64,000 nucleotides of DNA from Akkermansia muciniphila (GCA_945898055.1 CAMDGV010000006.1:31863-95862); one strand, 5' to 3'. Shown: positions 7,593-18,684, counted from the first letter of the stretch. The notes: generated by a model not told the origin, from the letters alone. Translations and numbers: made by a program.

Positions 7593-10448
7593 ATGTCCTC
7601 TTTCTCTGTCTGGCTTGGTCTTTGTCTCGCTGCCACCGCTGTCTCGCTGTCCACTCTCGCCGCTCCAACTCTCCCCGCCCGCGACTGGCTCATTGACCCC
7701 ACCCCTTTTAAAGCACGCATCGTCGTCAATCCCGACGGCAAACAGATCGAACTCAATAACGGCCTTATCCGACGCATTATCCGTCTGGATCCCAATGCCG
7801 CTACGGTTGCTCTCGATCAACTTTCCACCGGCGAATCTCTTCTCCGTGGCGTTAAACCTGAGGCGATTGTCGAAATTGATGGCCGACGATTTGATGTCGG
7901 TGGACTTAAAGGACAACCCAATTACGCCTTCCTTCGGCCTGAATGGATTTCTGCTCTTCACGCCGATCCGGATGCTTTTCAATTCACCGGGTATTCCATC
8001 GGTCAACCTCTAGAACGATTGGCTTGGAAACGCACTCGCCATCATGCCCCCGATCTCGCTTGGCCGCCCAAGGGTGTCACTTTACGCCTCGATTTTATTG
8101 CGCCCGCAAGCAGCGTTAGTGATCAAAATAGCTCCTCAACCGGACGCCCTTTGGTCTTTGATGACCCCTTCCTGGTCCTTGATCCGTCTTGGGAAATACA
8201 TACCTCCTCACGCCACCCACGAGTTAGCTTTCGTAATGAAGGTAAGTTGGGAGAGATCTACGCCCTCAACGGCTCTTCTTGCTTCGCCGAACGCGCACTG
8301 AAGTCGCCGGTGTCAGTCATCGAAATGGTCATCAGTCTCGGCACTGATGGCGATACTAGCTGGGGACCTAGCCTCGCTCTGCTCTTCGGATCTCACTCCA
8401 TCAAGGTGAATCTTCGCCCCGGTGATCGCGGAACCCATGGCCACTTCGAACTGCGCAATAATGGGGCCGAAAGTCTCACCTCTCTTCAACAATTCGCCGC
8501 TGCTGATGGCGGCCTCGATACCGCACGCACTTACCGTCTGCGCGCTCGAATCTCACCGACTTCCATCCTTTGGGATGTCGCCGATGAGGCCCTTCTTCCT
8601 CTACAGTTCCATCGCCTCTTCGAAGTCGCTCATAAGGGCTCCCTTCCCACAACCCTGCGGGTGGGGAAATTAGACCCCCAAGGCCAGGGTTCAGACGACT
8701 CATTTACCGCCAATAGCTCGACCTGGGGGCGCAGTCGGATTTCTCGCGTTCTCGCCTACGGGCCCTTCGATCCCAGCCTCGTTGCGAGGACTCCTACCCC
8801 CCTAAACGGAGACATCCACGTCTCTGTTCACTACGAACTCTACGACGGTCTGCCTTGCTTCTCTAAATGGATTACGGTCGATAATCTCACCAGCAAATCA
8901 GTGACTCTTAACGGTTTCTCGAGTGAAGTACTCGCCGTGGTCGAACGAACCTCCGAAGTCGATGAACTCAGTGACGGTCGTACTCCTCCTAATATCCACG
9001 TCGATACCGATATGTCCTTCGGTGGCATGATGAGTTCGGCGGCGAATCGACGGTCTTTCCGCTGGCTGCCGGATCCTGAATTTCATTCTCAAGTTAATTA
9101 CGAGAAAAAAACCCCTTGTTTATTAGACGTCGGCCCTGATCTCGGTCCTGCCCAAACCCTCCTCCCGGGTGGGAAATTCGAATCCTATCGCGCTTGGATT
9201 CTTCCCTTCGATTCCTCGGATCGTGAACGCTGTGGTCTCGCGGTTCGCCGTCTTTATCGCCTCAATGCCCCTTGGACCACGGAGAATCCACTGATGATGC
9301 ATCTGGTCTCTTCTCAAGGACAAAGCGTCACCAATGCCATCGATCAATGTGTGGCGACTGGTTTCGAAATGCTCATTCTCAGCTTCGGTAGCGGTTTCGA
9401 TATGGAAAACGAAAAACCCGCTACCCTCGAAAAAGCACAAGCTTTTTCTTCCTACGCCCGAAGTCGTGGCATCGAAATTGGTAGCTACTCTTTGCTCTCC
9501 TCTCGCCACGTCGGCGGCGGCAATGATGTGATCATGCCACCCGGTCTCAAACCAACCTTTGGCCATGCCCCCTGTCTTCAAAGTCGCTGGGGTACAAATT
9601 ATTTCCGACGCCTTTACGAATTCCATCGCCACAGTGGCTTCACCCTTCTCGAACACGACGGTTCCTATCCCGGGGATCCTTGCGCCGCTACCCATCACCC
9701 AGGACACCATGGCTTGGCCGATTCTCGGTGGAATCAATGGCGCGAAATTAATAACTTCTACCGATGGTGCAGGGCCGAGGGATTCTATCTGAATGTTCCC
9801 GACCATTACTTTCTCTCGGGTTCTACCAAAACCGCGATGGGCTATCGCGAGGTCAACTGGTCTCTCCCTCGTGAACAACAAATTATTCATACCCGACAAA
9901 ACATCTTCGACGGCACTTGGCAGAAACTCCCTAGCATGGGATGGATGTTTGTTCCACTCACTGAATACCAAGGGGGCGGGGCGGCGGCTACCATCGAGCC
10001 TCTCTCTGAACATCTCTCTCACTACTCGGCGATGTTAGAGAGCAATCTCGCCCTCGGTGTCCAAGCCTGCTATCGAGGCCCTCGCCTCTACGATACCGAA
10101 ATCACTCGGGCTCAAGTCAAATCCAAGGTCGAATGGTTCAAGGCACATCGAGATATTCTGGAAAGTGACCTCATCCATGGCCGTCGCGCCGATGCACGAG
10201 ATCTCGACTGGATGCTGCACGTGAATCCTCATCTCAAATCCAAAGGACTTCTCGCCGTATTTAATCCCCTCGATCATCCCGTCTCTCGCACTCTTCGAGT
10301 CAATCTCTACTACACAGGACTCCAAAACTCGACTCTCGTCCGTGAACGCGATTCCCGAGGGCATCGACTCAAATTGGGACGAGATCACAGCATCGAACTG
10401 CCTGTGACTGTTTCGGCGCAAAGTATGAACTGGTTTGTATTCGAATAA
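7593..10448 (+). CDS. Large secreted hypothetical protein, possibly glycoside-hydrolase-like (central TIM-barrel-like region with flanking beta-sandwich regions). Function not established.
   Basis: A 951-aa ORF with a cleavable signal peptide (MSSFSVWLGLCLAATAVSLSTLAAP). The central region (GFEMLILSFGSGFD..., LEHDGSYPGDPC..HHPGHHG) resembles sugar-processing barrel enzymes only by general look. It starts 27 bp after the lipoprotein gene on the same strand. Confidence 0.55.
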   Translation: MSSFSVWLGLCLAATAVSLSTLAAPTLPARDWLIDPTPFKARIVVNPDGKQIELNNGLIRRIIRLDPNAATVALDQLSTGESLLRGVKPEAIVEIDGRRFDVGGLKGQPNYAFLRPEWISALHADPDAFQFTGYSIGQPLERLAWKRTRHHAPDLAWPPKGVTLRLDFIAPASSVSDQNSSSTGRPLVFDDPFLVLDPSWEIHTSSRHPRVSFRNEGKLGEIYALNGSSCFAERALKSPVSVIEMVISLGTDGDTSWGPSLALLFGSHSIKVNLRPGDRGTHGHFELRNNGAESLTSLQQFAAADGGLDTARTYRLRARISPTSILWDVADEALLPLQFHRLFEVAHKGSLPTTLRVGKLDPQGQGSDDSFTANSSTWGRSRISRVLAYGPFDPSLVARTPTPLNGDIHVSVHYELYDGLPCFSKWITVDNLTSKSVTLNGFSSEVLAVVERTSEVDELSDGRTPPNIHVDTDMSFGGMMSSAANRRSFRWLPDPEFHSQVNYEKKTPCLLDVGPDLGPAQTLLPGGKFESYRAWILPFDSSDRERCGLAVRRLYRLNAPWTTENPLMMHLVSSQGQSVTNAIDQCVATGFEMLILSFGSGFDMENEKPATLEKAQAFSSYARSRGIEIGSYSLLSSRHVGGGNDVIMPPGLKPTFGHAPCLQSRWGTNYFRRLYEFHRHSGFTLLEHDGSYPGDPCAATHHPGHHGLADSRWNQWREINNFYRWCRAEGFYLNVPDHYFLSGSTKTAMGYREVNWSLPREQQIIHTRQNIFDGTWQKLPSMGWMFVPLTEYQGGGAAATIEPLSEHLSHYSAMLESNLALGVQACYRGPRLYDTEITRAQVKSKVEWFKAHRDILESDLIHGRRADARDLDWMLHVNPHLKSKGLLAVFNPLDHPVSRTLRVNLYYTGLQNSTLVRERDSRGHRLKLGRDHSIELPVTVSAQSMNWFVFE

Positions 10449-10519
10449 ATGACGGCTGCGTCAGTTCCTTTGGTAGCGCAAAATCTAACTTTGCACTGAG
10501 GTTAACTCCCCGCTTTATC

Positions 10520-11680
10520 TCATTTTTCGCTGAGTAGCTTTTCCACTTTTTTGACCAAGTCAGATCGAGCCTCGAGGTCCCGCAGGTTTCCTTGCCTATC
10601 GATCAGCCACATGGTTGGAATTCCTCGGATACCGAATTCCTTGGCAAACTTATTATTCCAACCGGTTCCCTCAAAATATTGAGGCCAGACCATTTTGTTT
10701 TTCTTAACAAAATTGGCAAAAGCTTGCTTGTCCTCATCAAAACTGATTCCGACAATTTCAAACCCTTTGGGCTGTAACTGATCAAATGCCGCAACCACGT
10801 TTGTCATCTCCGCGACGCAGGGACCACACCAAGTAGCCCAAAAATCGATGAGGACCACTTTCCCTTTCATTTCCGACAGATTTATTTTCCGTCCGTCCAA
10901 CGCAGTAAATTGAACATCCACGGGCTTGCCTAACCGCTCAAAGGTCTTCTGCAGTTTCAACGCTGCATCTTTAATGTCCCGCGAAGCTCCCTTCGCTTTT
11001 AAAATTTCGGCGACCAACTCCTTGCTTTTCTCGCCGCCCCGTAATTGGGCAATTTCCATGAATGCGCGATAAATTTCGGGGCGATTCATGTTCTCTTTCT
11101 GAATTTGCCTCAACCCAGCCTCAAACTCAATGAGCACACTGTCCTTACCCTGCCCCTGTTGCCGGCGGGCTTTGGCCACGGCTTCTTCAATTCTCCGGTT
11201 TACCACGCGCGTTTCCTCAATTTCCCTTTCCGCTTCAGGGTCAGGTCGCAACGCCTTTAATTCAGGTCGCCGATTGGTGTTTCCAAGGCTAATGCTGGCT
11301 TCTAATAAACGGCGCTGAAGCTTCAAGGCTTCTCCTACTTTTGGGTGCTCCTTGAAACGACGCTGAAATTCTTTGGCCTTATCAGCAGCCAACGCCGCTC
11401 CACTCGCCTTTTTTTTCCGAAACTCAAGCACTTGCTCGCTCGAAGGCGCCTGCAGCCTCCACTCCGCTGGGGGGGCAGGCGGCTTTGCTTCAGCTTCAAT
11501 TTCACTCCAAGCTTGATCCGAATCAGCCGGTAAAAGGTTCTTGGTGGCCGACTTTGCCAAGCCTAATTCCCCCTCAAGATCGACGGCTAGAAGTCTTGCT
11601 GAGAGGGTCAAACACAGAAGAGAAGGCACTTTTAACCGCGACCAAATAGTCTGCATAAGGAGATAACGTGTGGGCATCAA
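10520..11680 (-). CDS. TlpA/ResA-like periplasmic thiol:disulfide oxidoreductase (thioredoxin fold) with a long N-terminal helical extension.
   Basis: The C-terminal domain has VVLIDFWATWCGPC (CxxC thioredoxin motif), FEIVGISFDED, and GIRGIPTMWLIDRQG (cis-Pro loop). The N-terminus is a hydrophobic signal/anchor. Confidence 0.85.
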   Translation of the reverse strand: MMPTRYLLMQTIWSRLKVPSLLCLTLSARLLAVDLEGELGLAKSATKNLLPADSDQAWSEIEAEAKPPAPPAEWRLQAPSSEQVLEFRKKKASGAALAADKAKEFQRRFKEHPKVGEALKLQRRLLEASISLGNTNRRPELKALRPDPEAEREIEETRVVNRRIEEAVAKARRQQGQGKDSVLIEFEAGLRQIQKENMNRPEIYRAFMEIAQLRGGEKSKELVAEILKAKGASRDIKDAALKLQKTFERLGKPVDVQFTALDGRKINLSEMKGKVVLIDFWATWCGPCVAEMTNVVAAFDQLQPKGFEIVGISFDEDKQAFANFVKKNKMVWPQYFEGTGWNNKFAKEFGIRGIPTMWLIDRQGNLRDLEARSDLVKKVEKLLSEK

Positions 11681-11902
11681 ATCAGATTACCAACCAAATC
11701 TTCCACCAACTTGAATTTGAAAACGACCCCTAGAGCTCCAACCCCTTTCCCTTTTAGGTTCTTTAAGGCCTTCAGCGTCTAAAAGTGCCGTCTCAGTCGC
11801 CAGTCAATTTAAGCCCTTCCGTTTAAAAAATTTAAGCAATTAAAGATTGCCAATCGCTGATCGCTGGTGACCATCTGGGAAACGAGGGCACTTGAATATA
11901 AG

Positions 11903-12640
11903 ATGAAAAATTATCTACTAACAATTTCAGTCTCGGCCTCGCTCTGCTCCGCAGTTGTCGCCGATACAACGACCGTCTCTGGGACCACCCCCGGCACCTA
12001 TGCTGGGGGCACAAGTGGCGGAACAAGCCTCAACTACACTGGGAGCATCCTGACCATTAGTCAGTGGAATCCAGCATCGTTTCCGGGTATGACCCTGACG
12101 GGCGTCGAGTACAGGCTCACCAGCTTCGCCTACGGCACCTACACAATTAATAACGGTGCTCAAATTGCTGATTTCGAGGTCAGTCTTTCCAACATTAGTT
12201 CCAGTCTAACGGGGCCTTTCGGCACATCACCTGCCCTGAGTCGAAACAACTCTACTTTTGGTGGTGGTGTTTTTGAAACATTGAGTGGTGTTGCAGCTAA
12301 TGCCTCAGTGAGTGGCACGACGACTCTAGCAACGAGCACGACGACGGCTTTCACTGCTGATTCCAATTTCCTCAGTTACGTCGGAACCGGAACTGTTTCA
12401 TTCACTCTCGCCGAATCCGGAACCTTGGGAATCGGTGGGACTGCAGTGTCTGGCGCTAATCCAATCGTTTCCTTTACCCAGTCAGCATCCAAGTTCGGTG
12501 CCAGTACCGTCGATGTCCGCTACACCTACTCGTCTAGCGCCGTCCCTGAACCTAGCACCTACGCTGCGATTGGGTTTGTCGGTCTCCTTGTCGGATCAAC
12601 CCTCTGGCGACGGCGGCAGCAGATGGCGAACCAGAAGTAA
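11903..12640 (+). CDS. PEP-CTERM sorting-domain protein (secreted, Thr/Ser/Gly-rich).
   Basis: The ATG at 11903 gives a signal peptide (MKNYLLTISVSASLCSAVVA). The C-terminus, VPEPSTYAAIGFVGLLVGSTLWRRRQ, is a PEP motif plus TM helix plus basic tail. The longer ORF from 11867 is less likely. Confidence 0.8.
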   Translation: MKNYLLTISVSASLCSAVVADTTTVSGTTPGTYAGGTSGGTSLNYTGSILTISQWNPASFPGMTLTGVEYRLTSFAYGTYTINNGAQIADFEVSLSNISSSLTGPFGTSPALSRNNSTFGGGVFETLSGVAANASVSGTTTLATSTTTAFTADSNFLSYVGTGTVSFTLAESGTLGIGGTAVSGANPIVSFTQSASKFGASTVDVRYTYSSSAVPEPSTYAAIGFVGLLVGSTLWRRRQQMANQK

Positions 12641-12662
12641 TTGGCTTTCCCTCCTTTGACCA

Positions 12663-12692
12663 ATGGACTGATTCACTCAGTCCATTTTTTGT
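12663..12692 (+). terminator. Rho-independent terminator after the PEP-CTERM gene.
   Basis: A 9-bp stem (atggactga / tcagtccat) with a 5-nt loop is followed by a T-run (tttttt g ttt). Confidence 0.65.
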
Positions 12693-12857
12693 TTGTCAGT
12701 CAAACTATCCCGCGTCCCTCACCGGCAAAATAGGAGAAACAAGAATTAAACTGCTTTTTATTTTGCAGGGTTTATGTTGAGCAAAATCCCCTGAGTCCAG
12801 GCTCTTTCTGCCTCTTCAAGGAGTGATTTCATCCTAAGACTTATTTTCCTCTCGTTT

Positions 12858-13709
12858 ATGTCGAATCCTCACTCTCGCTTCGTCCTCTGCCAGAGACGAG
12901 TCCACCACGGGTTCACCTTGATCGAACTCCTTGTGGTCATCGCGATTATTGCCATCCTCGCCGGGATGCTTCTGCCTTCTTTAGCTAAGGCCAAAGCAAA
13001 GGCTCAAGGCATCAAGTGCTTGAATAATCTAAAACAGTTGCAACTCGCACACCTGCTTTACCCCACTGACAACCGAGAAATCCTGACCAAACCCGGTAAT
13101 AGCGGAACCGAACTCTACGCTTGGGTGGGCGGTTGGCTCGACTACAATCCTGGTACTCCCGACAATACAAACAAATTAGATCTCCTAGACCCCAAACGGG
13201 CCATGTTCGCCCCCTATCTGCCCTCTGCTGAGGTTTATAAATGCCCCGCCGATTTCAGCTATGTCACCATTAAGGGCCAACGTTACCCTCGGGTCCGCAG
13301 TATGTCCATGAGCCAAGCAATGGGTGGGCCCGGGGGGTGGCTTCCACCCTCGGGTTACAACGAGGGACAGACTCGCTATAAGGTCTTCATTAAAACCTCC
13401 GATTTTCTCTCGCCCTCGATGCATTATGTACTCCTCGACGAACATCCAGACGGCATCAACGCCGGTGGTTACGCCAATATGATGGTCGAAAGTGCGGCTG
13501 CGGCGCGTATCATCGATTACCCAGCCAGTTATCACAACGGTGCCGCCGGCATCTCCTTTGTCGACGGCCATGCCGAAATCAAAAAATGGCTGGATTCCCG
13601 GACAAAGCCACCGGTCCGCTTCAACAGTAACCTCGCGCTCAATGTTGGTTCCCCCAACAATGTCGATGTAATCTGGCTCGCCGATCGGACCACCGTGCTA
13701 GCGAAGTAG
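12858..13709 (+). CDS. Prepilin-type N-terminal cleavage/methylation domain protein (pseudopilin-like, DUF1559/H-X9-DG type common in PVC bacteria).
   Basis: The N-terminus [45 protein letters not shown] is the classic type IV pilin-like leader and helix. The C-terminal [14 protein letters not shown] resembles the H-X9-DG tail. Confidence 0.85.
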   Translation: MSNPHSRFVLCQRRVHHGFTLIELLVVIAIIAILAGMLLPSLAKAKAKAQGIKCLNNLKQLQLAHLLYPTDNREILTKPGNSGTELYAWVGGWLDYNPGTPDNTNKLDLLDPKRAMFAPYLPSAEVYKCPADFSYVTIKGQRYPRVRSMSMSQAMGGPGGWLPPSGYNEGQTRYKVFIKTSDFLSPSMHYVLLDEHPDGINAGGYANMMVESAAAARIIDYPASYHNGAAGISFVDGHAEIKKWLDSRTKPPVRFNSNLALNVGSPNNVDVIWLADRTTVLAK

Positions 13710-13887
13710 AGAGGGCCCCAAGGGAAACGAAATTAGACTTCCCCAATAGTGCTCGGTTAGAAACCACCGATCAGTAGGGAACGGCGGCGGGGTCTAAGTG
13801 CTTAAAACAGGAAGGATTTCAGCCTAAACCTCGGCTTAGACCGAAAGGAGGATTGCTGCTCTCATCCGCTTCAGGAATCCTTCTCGA

Positions 13888-14739
13888 ATGCTTCGTCCTC
13901 GGAAAAAATACACGGTTCACGACCTCCAGCAGCTCAAGGGAAAACGCTGCCTCACCCATATTCACGTCAAATCTCCCGAGGAAGCCGCGGCAGCCGAAGC
14001 GGCAGGGGTGGACCTAATGTCCTGCAGCTTCGATTCCCCGGAGTCTCAGGCCTGCCTTCCTCGACTGGTCGCAGCGGCTCCTACTAGTTTTTTATCTGCA
14101 GCCACTCCCCACGGCATGGCTTCCGCCGAGGAGGCCATCCGGATTGGGTTTCGCGCCATCGAACTGGGTGCCAGTTCTCTTTATTGCTCCGCCAGTCCAC
14201 GCCTCATTGAGGCTATGGCGCGCGAAGGCCTCCCCGTGGTCGGCCACCTCGGTTTGATTCCAAGACATATCACTTGGACCGGTTACCGTGCGATCGGTAA
14301 AACGGAAGCTGAAGCCCGCCTCCTCTACGATCAGATGAAATCTCTCGAGAACGCCGGCGCCTATGCAGCCGAACTCGAATGCGTTCCTCATCAACTCGCT
14401 CGGTTCCTCACCTCCCAAACAAAAATGCTCCTCATGTCGCTCGGCTCTGGGTCCGGTTGCGATACGCAGTTTCTCTTCTCCTGCGATATCCTCGGCGATT
14501 ACGATGAACGCCTTCCACGACACGCCCGCGCTTATCGCAATTTCCTCGAGGAACATCGCCGATTACAAGGGGAACGTATCGCCGCATTTTCAGAATATAT
14601 CACCGACGTAAAAGAAGGCCGCTTCCCAGAAAGAGGTCATCTCGTGGAAATGGACCCCAGCACCCTCCAACGGGTCATCGATGACATCAACCGTAATCCG
14701 CTCCTCTCCACCCATTCCCGCTTGGAATCACTCATCTAA
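13888..14739 (+). CDS. PanB-like protein (ketopantoate hydroxymethyltransferase / ICL-PEP-mutase superfamily), divergent.
   Basis: It retains GHLGLIPRH, ELECVPHQLA and SLGSGSGCDTQ blocks. These align by eye with PanB GHLGLTPQS, LECVP and IGIGAG..DGQ. It lacks the PanB TAYD and GDS(L)G motifs and the KxEGG block. Confidence 0.55.
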   Translation: MLRPRKKYTVHDLQQLKGKRCLTHIHVKSPEEAAAAEAAGVDLMSCSFDSPESQACLPRLVAAAPTSFLSAATPHGMASAEEAIRIGFRAIELGASSLYCSASPRLIEAMAREGLPVVGHLGLIPRHITWTGYRAIGKTEAEARLLYDQMKSLENAGAYAAELECVPHQLARFLTSQTKMLLMSLGSGSGCDTQFLFSCDILGDYDERLPRHARAYRNFLEEHRRLQGERIAAFSEYITDVKEGRFPERGHLVEMDPSTLQRVIDDINRNPLLSTHSRLESLI

Positions 14740-14829
14740 TCACTCATCTAATCGATCATCATATCTTCAAATCAAGATGCGATGATTTCATGTTTGGAAC
14801 ATTCCATCGATCGAGAGTAGTCTCTGGCT

Positions 14830-17800
14830 ATGTTGCATCTGCCTTTTTCTCCGACTGAAGACTCCCGAGGGGGGCAACTTCGGAAGATTCTCCGCGAACG
14901 TATTGCTATCATCGATGGTGCCATGGGAACGACGATCCGGACCTACGGTAAAACCGAGGCGGATATGCGTGGAAAACGATTCGCCACCGCCAAAAAAGAT
15001 CTCCTTAACAACGGAGACCTTTTCTCACTAACTCAACCGGAAATGATCTGCGATATCCATCGGCGATTCTTGGAGGCCGGCGCAGATATCATCGAGACCA
15101 ATACCTTCTCCGCGACTCATATCGCTCAAAGCGAATTTTTCGTCGATGATCCTCGTGAACATGGCGGCCGAAAGGATCCCGAATTTTACCAAAAAATCAT
15201 CGAAGACCCCTTCCTTAATGATCTAGCTTGGGAGATCAATGAAACCTCGGCGCGCCAATGCCGAGAATGGGCCGATCGAGTGGGTTCTCGTGATGGACGT
15301 CAACGCTTTGTCGCAGGTGCAATTGGCCCACTCACCGTCTCTCTCTCCAATTCGCCCGATGCGGATAATGCTGGATTTCGGGTGGTCACCTTCGATCAAG
15401 TCAAACAGGCTTATATCCAACAGGTGCGGGCCTTAATTGCCGGCGGTTCGGACTTTTTGCTGGTTGAAACTATCTTCGATTCTCTCAACGCCAAGGCCGC
15501 CTTAGTCGCTATTCAGGAGGTTTTCGATGCCGACCGAATTCGTCTGCCGGTTTCCATTTCCGCCGCCGTCGGGTTAGGAGGTGAAACCATGATTTCCGCC
15601 CAGACCGTGGAAGCCCTCTGGAATGCAGTGAAGCACATCCGCCCGCTGTCGATCGGACTCAATTGTTCGCTCGGACCCGATTTAATGCGTCCGTTCCTCG
15701 CCGAGCTTGCGACCAAATCAGGCGCGGCTATTTCTTGTTATCCCAATGCCGGACTCCCCAACCCACTCTCCGAAACCGGCTTCGATCTCAAACCCGACGA
15801 TATGGGGCGTTTCCTCAGTGAATTCGCTGAGGGCGGCCTCCTTAATATCGCCGGTGGTTGCTGCGGCAATACGCCTGAACACATCGCGGCCATCGCCAGA
15901 TCACTCGCCGGTCGACATCCAAGAGACTTGGCGCCCCGCGAAAAAGGCACCGAACGTCTCGGTGGCCTCTCCGGCGGAACTTTCCCAGGTACTTCTGAAA
16001 TTCTCCCTCTGCGCCTTTCCGGTTCCCAACCGTTTACCCAACAACCGGGTAATTTTATGCTCATCGGTGAACGTACCAACGTCGCCGGTTCACCTCGGTT
16101 CGCTAAACTTGTCCGCGAAGGTAACTACGAAGAGGCCGTGACTGTTGCTCGTCAACAGGTCGAAAACGGCGCTAATATCATCGATATTTGCATGGATGAC
16201 GGTCTGATCGATGGGGTCGCTGCGATGTCTCGTTACCTTCAATTGCTGGGAAGCGAGCCCGAGGTTGCCAAGGTCCCTTTTATGGTGGACTCCTCTAAAT
16301 GGGAAGTCATTGAGGCCGGTTTAAAATGCCTTCAAGGGAAGGGCATCGTAAATTCTATTTCCCTCAAGGAAGGTGAATCCGCCTTTCGCGAATCCGCCGC
16401 TAAGGTGCTCAAGTACGGCGCCGCTGTGGTCGTTATGGCCTTCGACGAAAAGGGTCAAGCCGCTACTTACGCTGAAAAAATCCGTATTTGCGAACGGGCT
16501 TACCGTCTCCTCGTCGACGAAATTGGATTCCCACCGGAGGATATTATCTTCGATCCCAATATCCTCACCGTCGGAACGGGCATCGAGGAACATAACAATT
16601 ATGCGGTCGACTTCATCGAAGCGACGCGTTGGATTAAGTCGAATTTACCTCACGCCAAAGTGAGTGGTGGTGTCTCCAATGTTTCTTTCGGTTTCCGAGG
16701 TAATAATCCGGTGCGGGAAGCCATGCACAGCGCTTTCCTCTTCCATGCCATTCAGGCCGGCATGGACATGGGTATCGTCAATGCCGGAATGCTCGAGGTG
16801 TACCAAGAAATCAAACCGGAACTTCGCGATCTCGTCGAGGATGTCATCCTCAACCGCCGCCCCGACTCCACTGAACGCTTGGTCGCTTATGGCGAACAAA
16901 TGAAAGCAAGTCCGTCCGACACAATCGAGTCCAACGCCAAGAAAGAACAGGAATGGCGCAGCGGCACGGTCGAGGAACGTCTTTCACACGCCTTGGTCAA
17001 GGGTATCGATACCTTCATCAACGTCGATACCGAGGAAGCTCGACTCAAACTCGGTCGCCCGCTGGGGGTCATCGAAGGCCCACTTATGGATGGTATGGGC
17101 GTGGTCGGAGACCTTTTTGGCGCTGGCAAAATGTTCCTCCCTCAGGTGGTGAAATCCGCTCGGGTTATGAAAAAAGCAGTTGCCTACCTCACCCCCTATA
17201 TGGAAGAGGAGAAAAAAGCCGCAGTAGCCGCCGGTCAAACGGTTCGCGCCCAAGGCAAAATTGTCCTCGCTACGGTCAAAGGGGATGTTCACGACATTGG
17301 CAAAAATATCGTCGGTGTGGTCCTCGCTTGTAATAATTATGAGGTCATTGACATGGGGGTCATGGTTCCGTGTGAGAAGATTCTAGAAACCGCTCGCCGA
17401 GAAAACGCCGATCTCATCGGGCTCAGCGGTCTTATTACTCCGTCTCTCGACGAAATGGTGCATGTCGCCAAGGAGATGGAACGAACCGGCTTCAAGATCC
17501 CTCTCCTGATCGGCGGCGCAACCACCAGTCGGGCTCACACCGCGATCAAAATCGCTCAGCACTACTCCCAACCCATCGTTCATGTCCTCGATGCGTCACG
17601 GGCCGTGCCGGTGACTACTAGCCTCCTGAGTCACGACAATCGCGACGAATTTATCCGACTCCACCGAACCGACTACGAACAGATTCGGAAGCACTATTCC
17701 GGTCAAAAATCGACGCTCATTTCACTCGATGCTGCTCGAGCTAATGCCCGAAAATTAGAGTTCAATGCACTACCAGCTCCCGAGTTTACTGGCATTCGTC

Positions 17801-18684
17801 TCCTCGAAGATGTTCCGCTTAGTGATCTTCGAGAGTTCATTGACTGGTCTCCCTTCTTCCATACTTGGGAACTGCGCGGTCGTTATCCTTCCATTCTACA
17901 ACACGAAAAGTACGGCGATGAAGCCCGTAAATTATTTGCCGACGCCCAAACTCTCCTCGACGACCTCATCACTCATCGCCGGATTCGTGCTCGGGGCGTC
18001 TACGGCCTTTTCCCTGCGAATCGAGTGGGCGATTCTATCGAACTCTACTCGGGTGAAGATCGCCAAACGGTGATCGCCTCGTTCCACATGCTTCGTCAAC
18101 AGATGACCAAGGCAGACTCCTCTTCGAATAGTTCTCTTGCCGACTTTATTGCCCCCAAAGGCACGCCGGATCACCTCGGCGCATTTGCCGTGACGACTGG
18201 CTTTGGTCTCGATGAAATCGTCAAAGAGTACAAGGCCGCGCTCGACGATTATTCGGCTATTATGGCCGAAGCTCTCGCCGACCGTCTCGCCGAGGCTTTT
18301 GCCGAATATATGCACAAACGGGTTCGAGATGAATGGGGCTTCGGACGCACTGAAAATCTCTCTACGGACCAACTTCTCGCCGAAGAGTACCGAGGAATCC
18401 GACCCGCTGGCGGTTATCCAGCTAGTCCGGATCATACCGAAAAACAAACGCTCTGGTCGCTCCTCGATGTGGAGGCTAAGACCGGTATCCGCCTCACCGA
18501 AAGCTGCGCAATGTGGCCCGGCAGTAGTGTCAGCGGTCTCTACTTCGCGCATCCAGATTGCCGCTACTTCGCGGTCGGCAAACTAGGCCTCGATCAAGTC
18601 ACCGATTTGGCGATTCGTAAGGCAAGACCCTTGGCCGAAATGGAGCGTTGGCTGGGTCCATGGCTCGATTATGAACCTTCCTGA
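14830..18684 (+). CDS. metH: Cobalamin-dependent methionine synthase.
   Basis: A 1,284-aa protein with the Hcy-binding domain ([27 protein letters not shown]), the pterin-binding domain, the B12-binding [10 protein letters not shown] motif and the C-terminal AdoMet activation domain ([12 protein letters not shown]). Confidence 0.96.
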   Translation: MLHLPFSPTEDSRGGQLRKILRERIAIIDGAMGTTIRTYGKTEADMRGKRFATAKKDLLNNGDLFSLTQPEMICDIHRRFLEAGADIIETNTFSATHIAQSEFFVDDPREHGGRKDPEFYQKIIEDPFLNDLAWEINETSARQCREWADRVGSRDGRQRFVAGAIGPLTVSLSNSPDADNAGFRVVTFDQVKQAYIQQVRALIAGGSDFLLVETIFDSLNAKAALVAIQEVFDADRIRLPVSISAAVGLGGETMISAQTVEALWNAVKHIRPLSIGLNCSLGPDLMRPFLAELATKSGAAISCYPNAGLPNPLSETGFDLKPDDMGRFLSEFAEGGLLNIAGGCCGNTPEHIAAIARSLAGRHPRDLAPREKGTERLGGLSGGTFPGTSEILPLRLSGSQPFTQQPGNFMLIGERTNVAGSPRFAKLVREGNYEEAVTVARQQVENGANIIDICMDDGLIDGVAAMSRYLQLLGSEPEVAKVPFMVDSSKWEVIEAGLKCLQGKGIVNSISLKEGESAFRESAAKVLKYGAAVVVMAFDEKGQAATYAEKIRICERAYRLLVDEIGFPPEDIIFDPNILTVGTGIEEHNNYAVDFIEATRWIKSNLPHAKVSGGVSNVSFGFRGNNPVREAMHSAFLFHAIQAGMDMGIVNAGMLEVYQEIKPELRDLVEDVILNRRPDSTERLVAYGEQMKASPSDTIESNAKKEQEWRSGTVEERLSHALVKGIDTFINVDTEEARLKLGRPLGVIEGPLMDGMGVVGDLFGAGKMFLPQVVKSARVMKKAVAYLTPYMEEEKKAAVAAGQTVRAQGKIVLATVKGDVHDIGKNIVGVVLACNNYEVIDMGVMVPCEKILETARRENADLIGLSGLITPSLDEMVHVAKEMERTGFKIPLLIGGATTSRAHTAIKIAQHYSQPIVHVLDASRAVPVTTSLLSHDNRDEFIRLHRTDYEQIRKHYSGQKSTLISLDAARANARKLEFNALPAPEFTGIRLLEDVPLSDLREFIDWSPFFHTWELRGRYPSILQHEKYGDEARKLFADAQTLLDDLITHRRIRARGVYGLFPANRVGDSIELYSGEDRQTVIASFHMLRQQMTKADSSSNSSLADFIAPKGTPDHLGAFAVTTGFGLDEIVKEYKAALDDYSAIMAEALADRLAEAFAEYMHKRVRDEWGFGRTENLSTDQLLAEEYRGIRPAGGYPASPDHTEKQTLWSLLDVEAKTGIRLTESCAMWPGSSVSGLYFAHPDCRYFAVGKLGLDQVTDLAIRKARPLAEMERWLGPWLDYEPS

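Noticed and set aside
7234-8013. A 259-aa plus-strand ORF spanning the boundary between the lipoprotein gene and the next gene.
   Set aside because: It is out of frame with two better-supported ORFs that have signal peptides. It is Ser/Pro/Leu-rich with no recognisable domain.
14726-14753. A 12-bp tandem duplication (aatcactcatct x2, plus a partial unit) straddling the stop codon of the panB-like gene.
   Set aside because: It is real in the sequence but is a trivial slippage duplication. The first copy already contains the stop codon, so there is no coding consequence.
14740-14829. A riboswitch or leader upstream of metH. I also checked upstream of thiG (18685-18753, TPP), metF (39980-40117, SAM) and the panB-like gene (13710-13887, THF/ZTP).
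   Set aside because: The gaps are short, and I could not find the conserved cores of the TPP, SAM-I/II, cobalamin, THF or ZTP motifs. Only generic small hairpins are present. A cmscan run would be needed to be certain.
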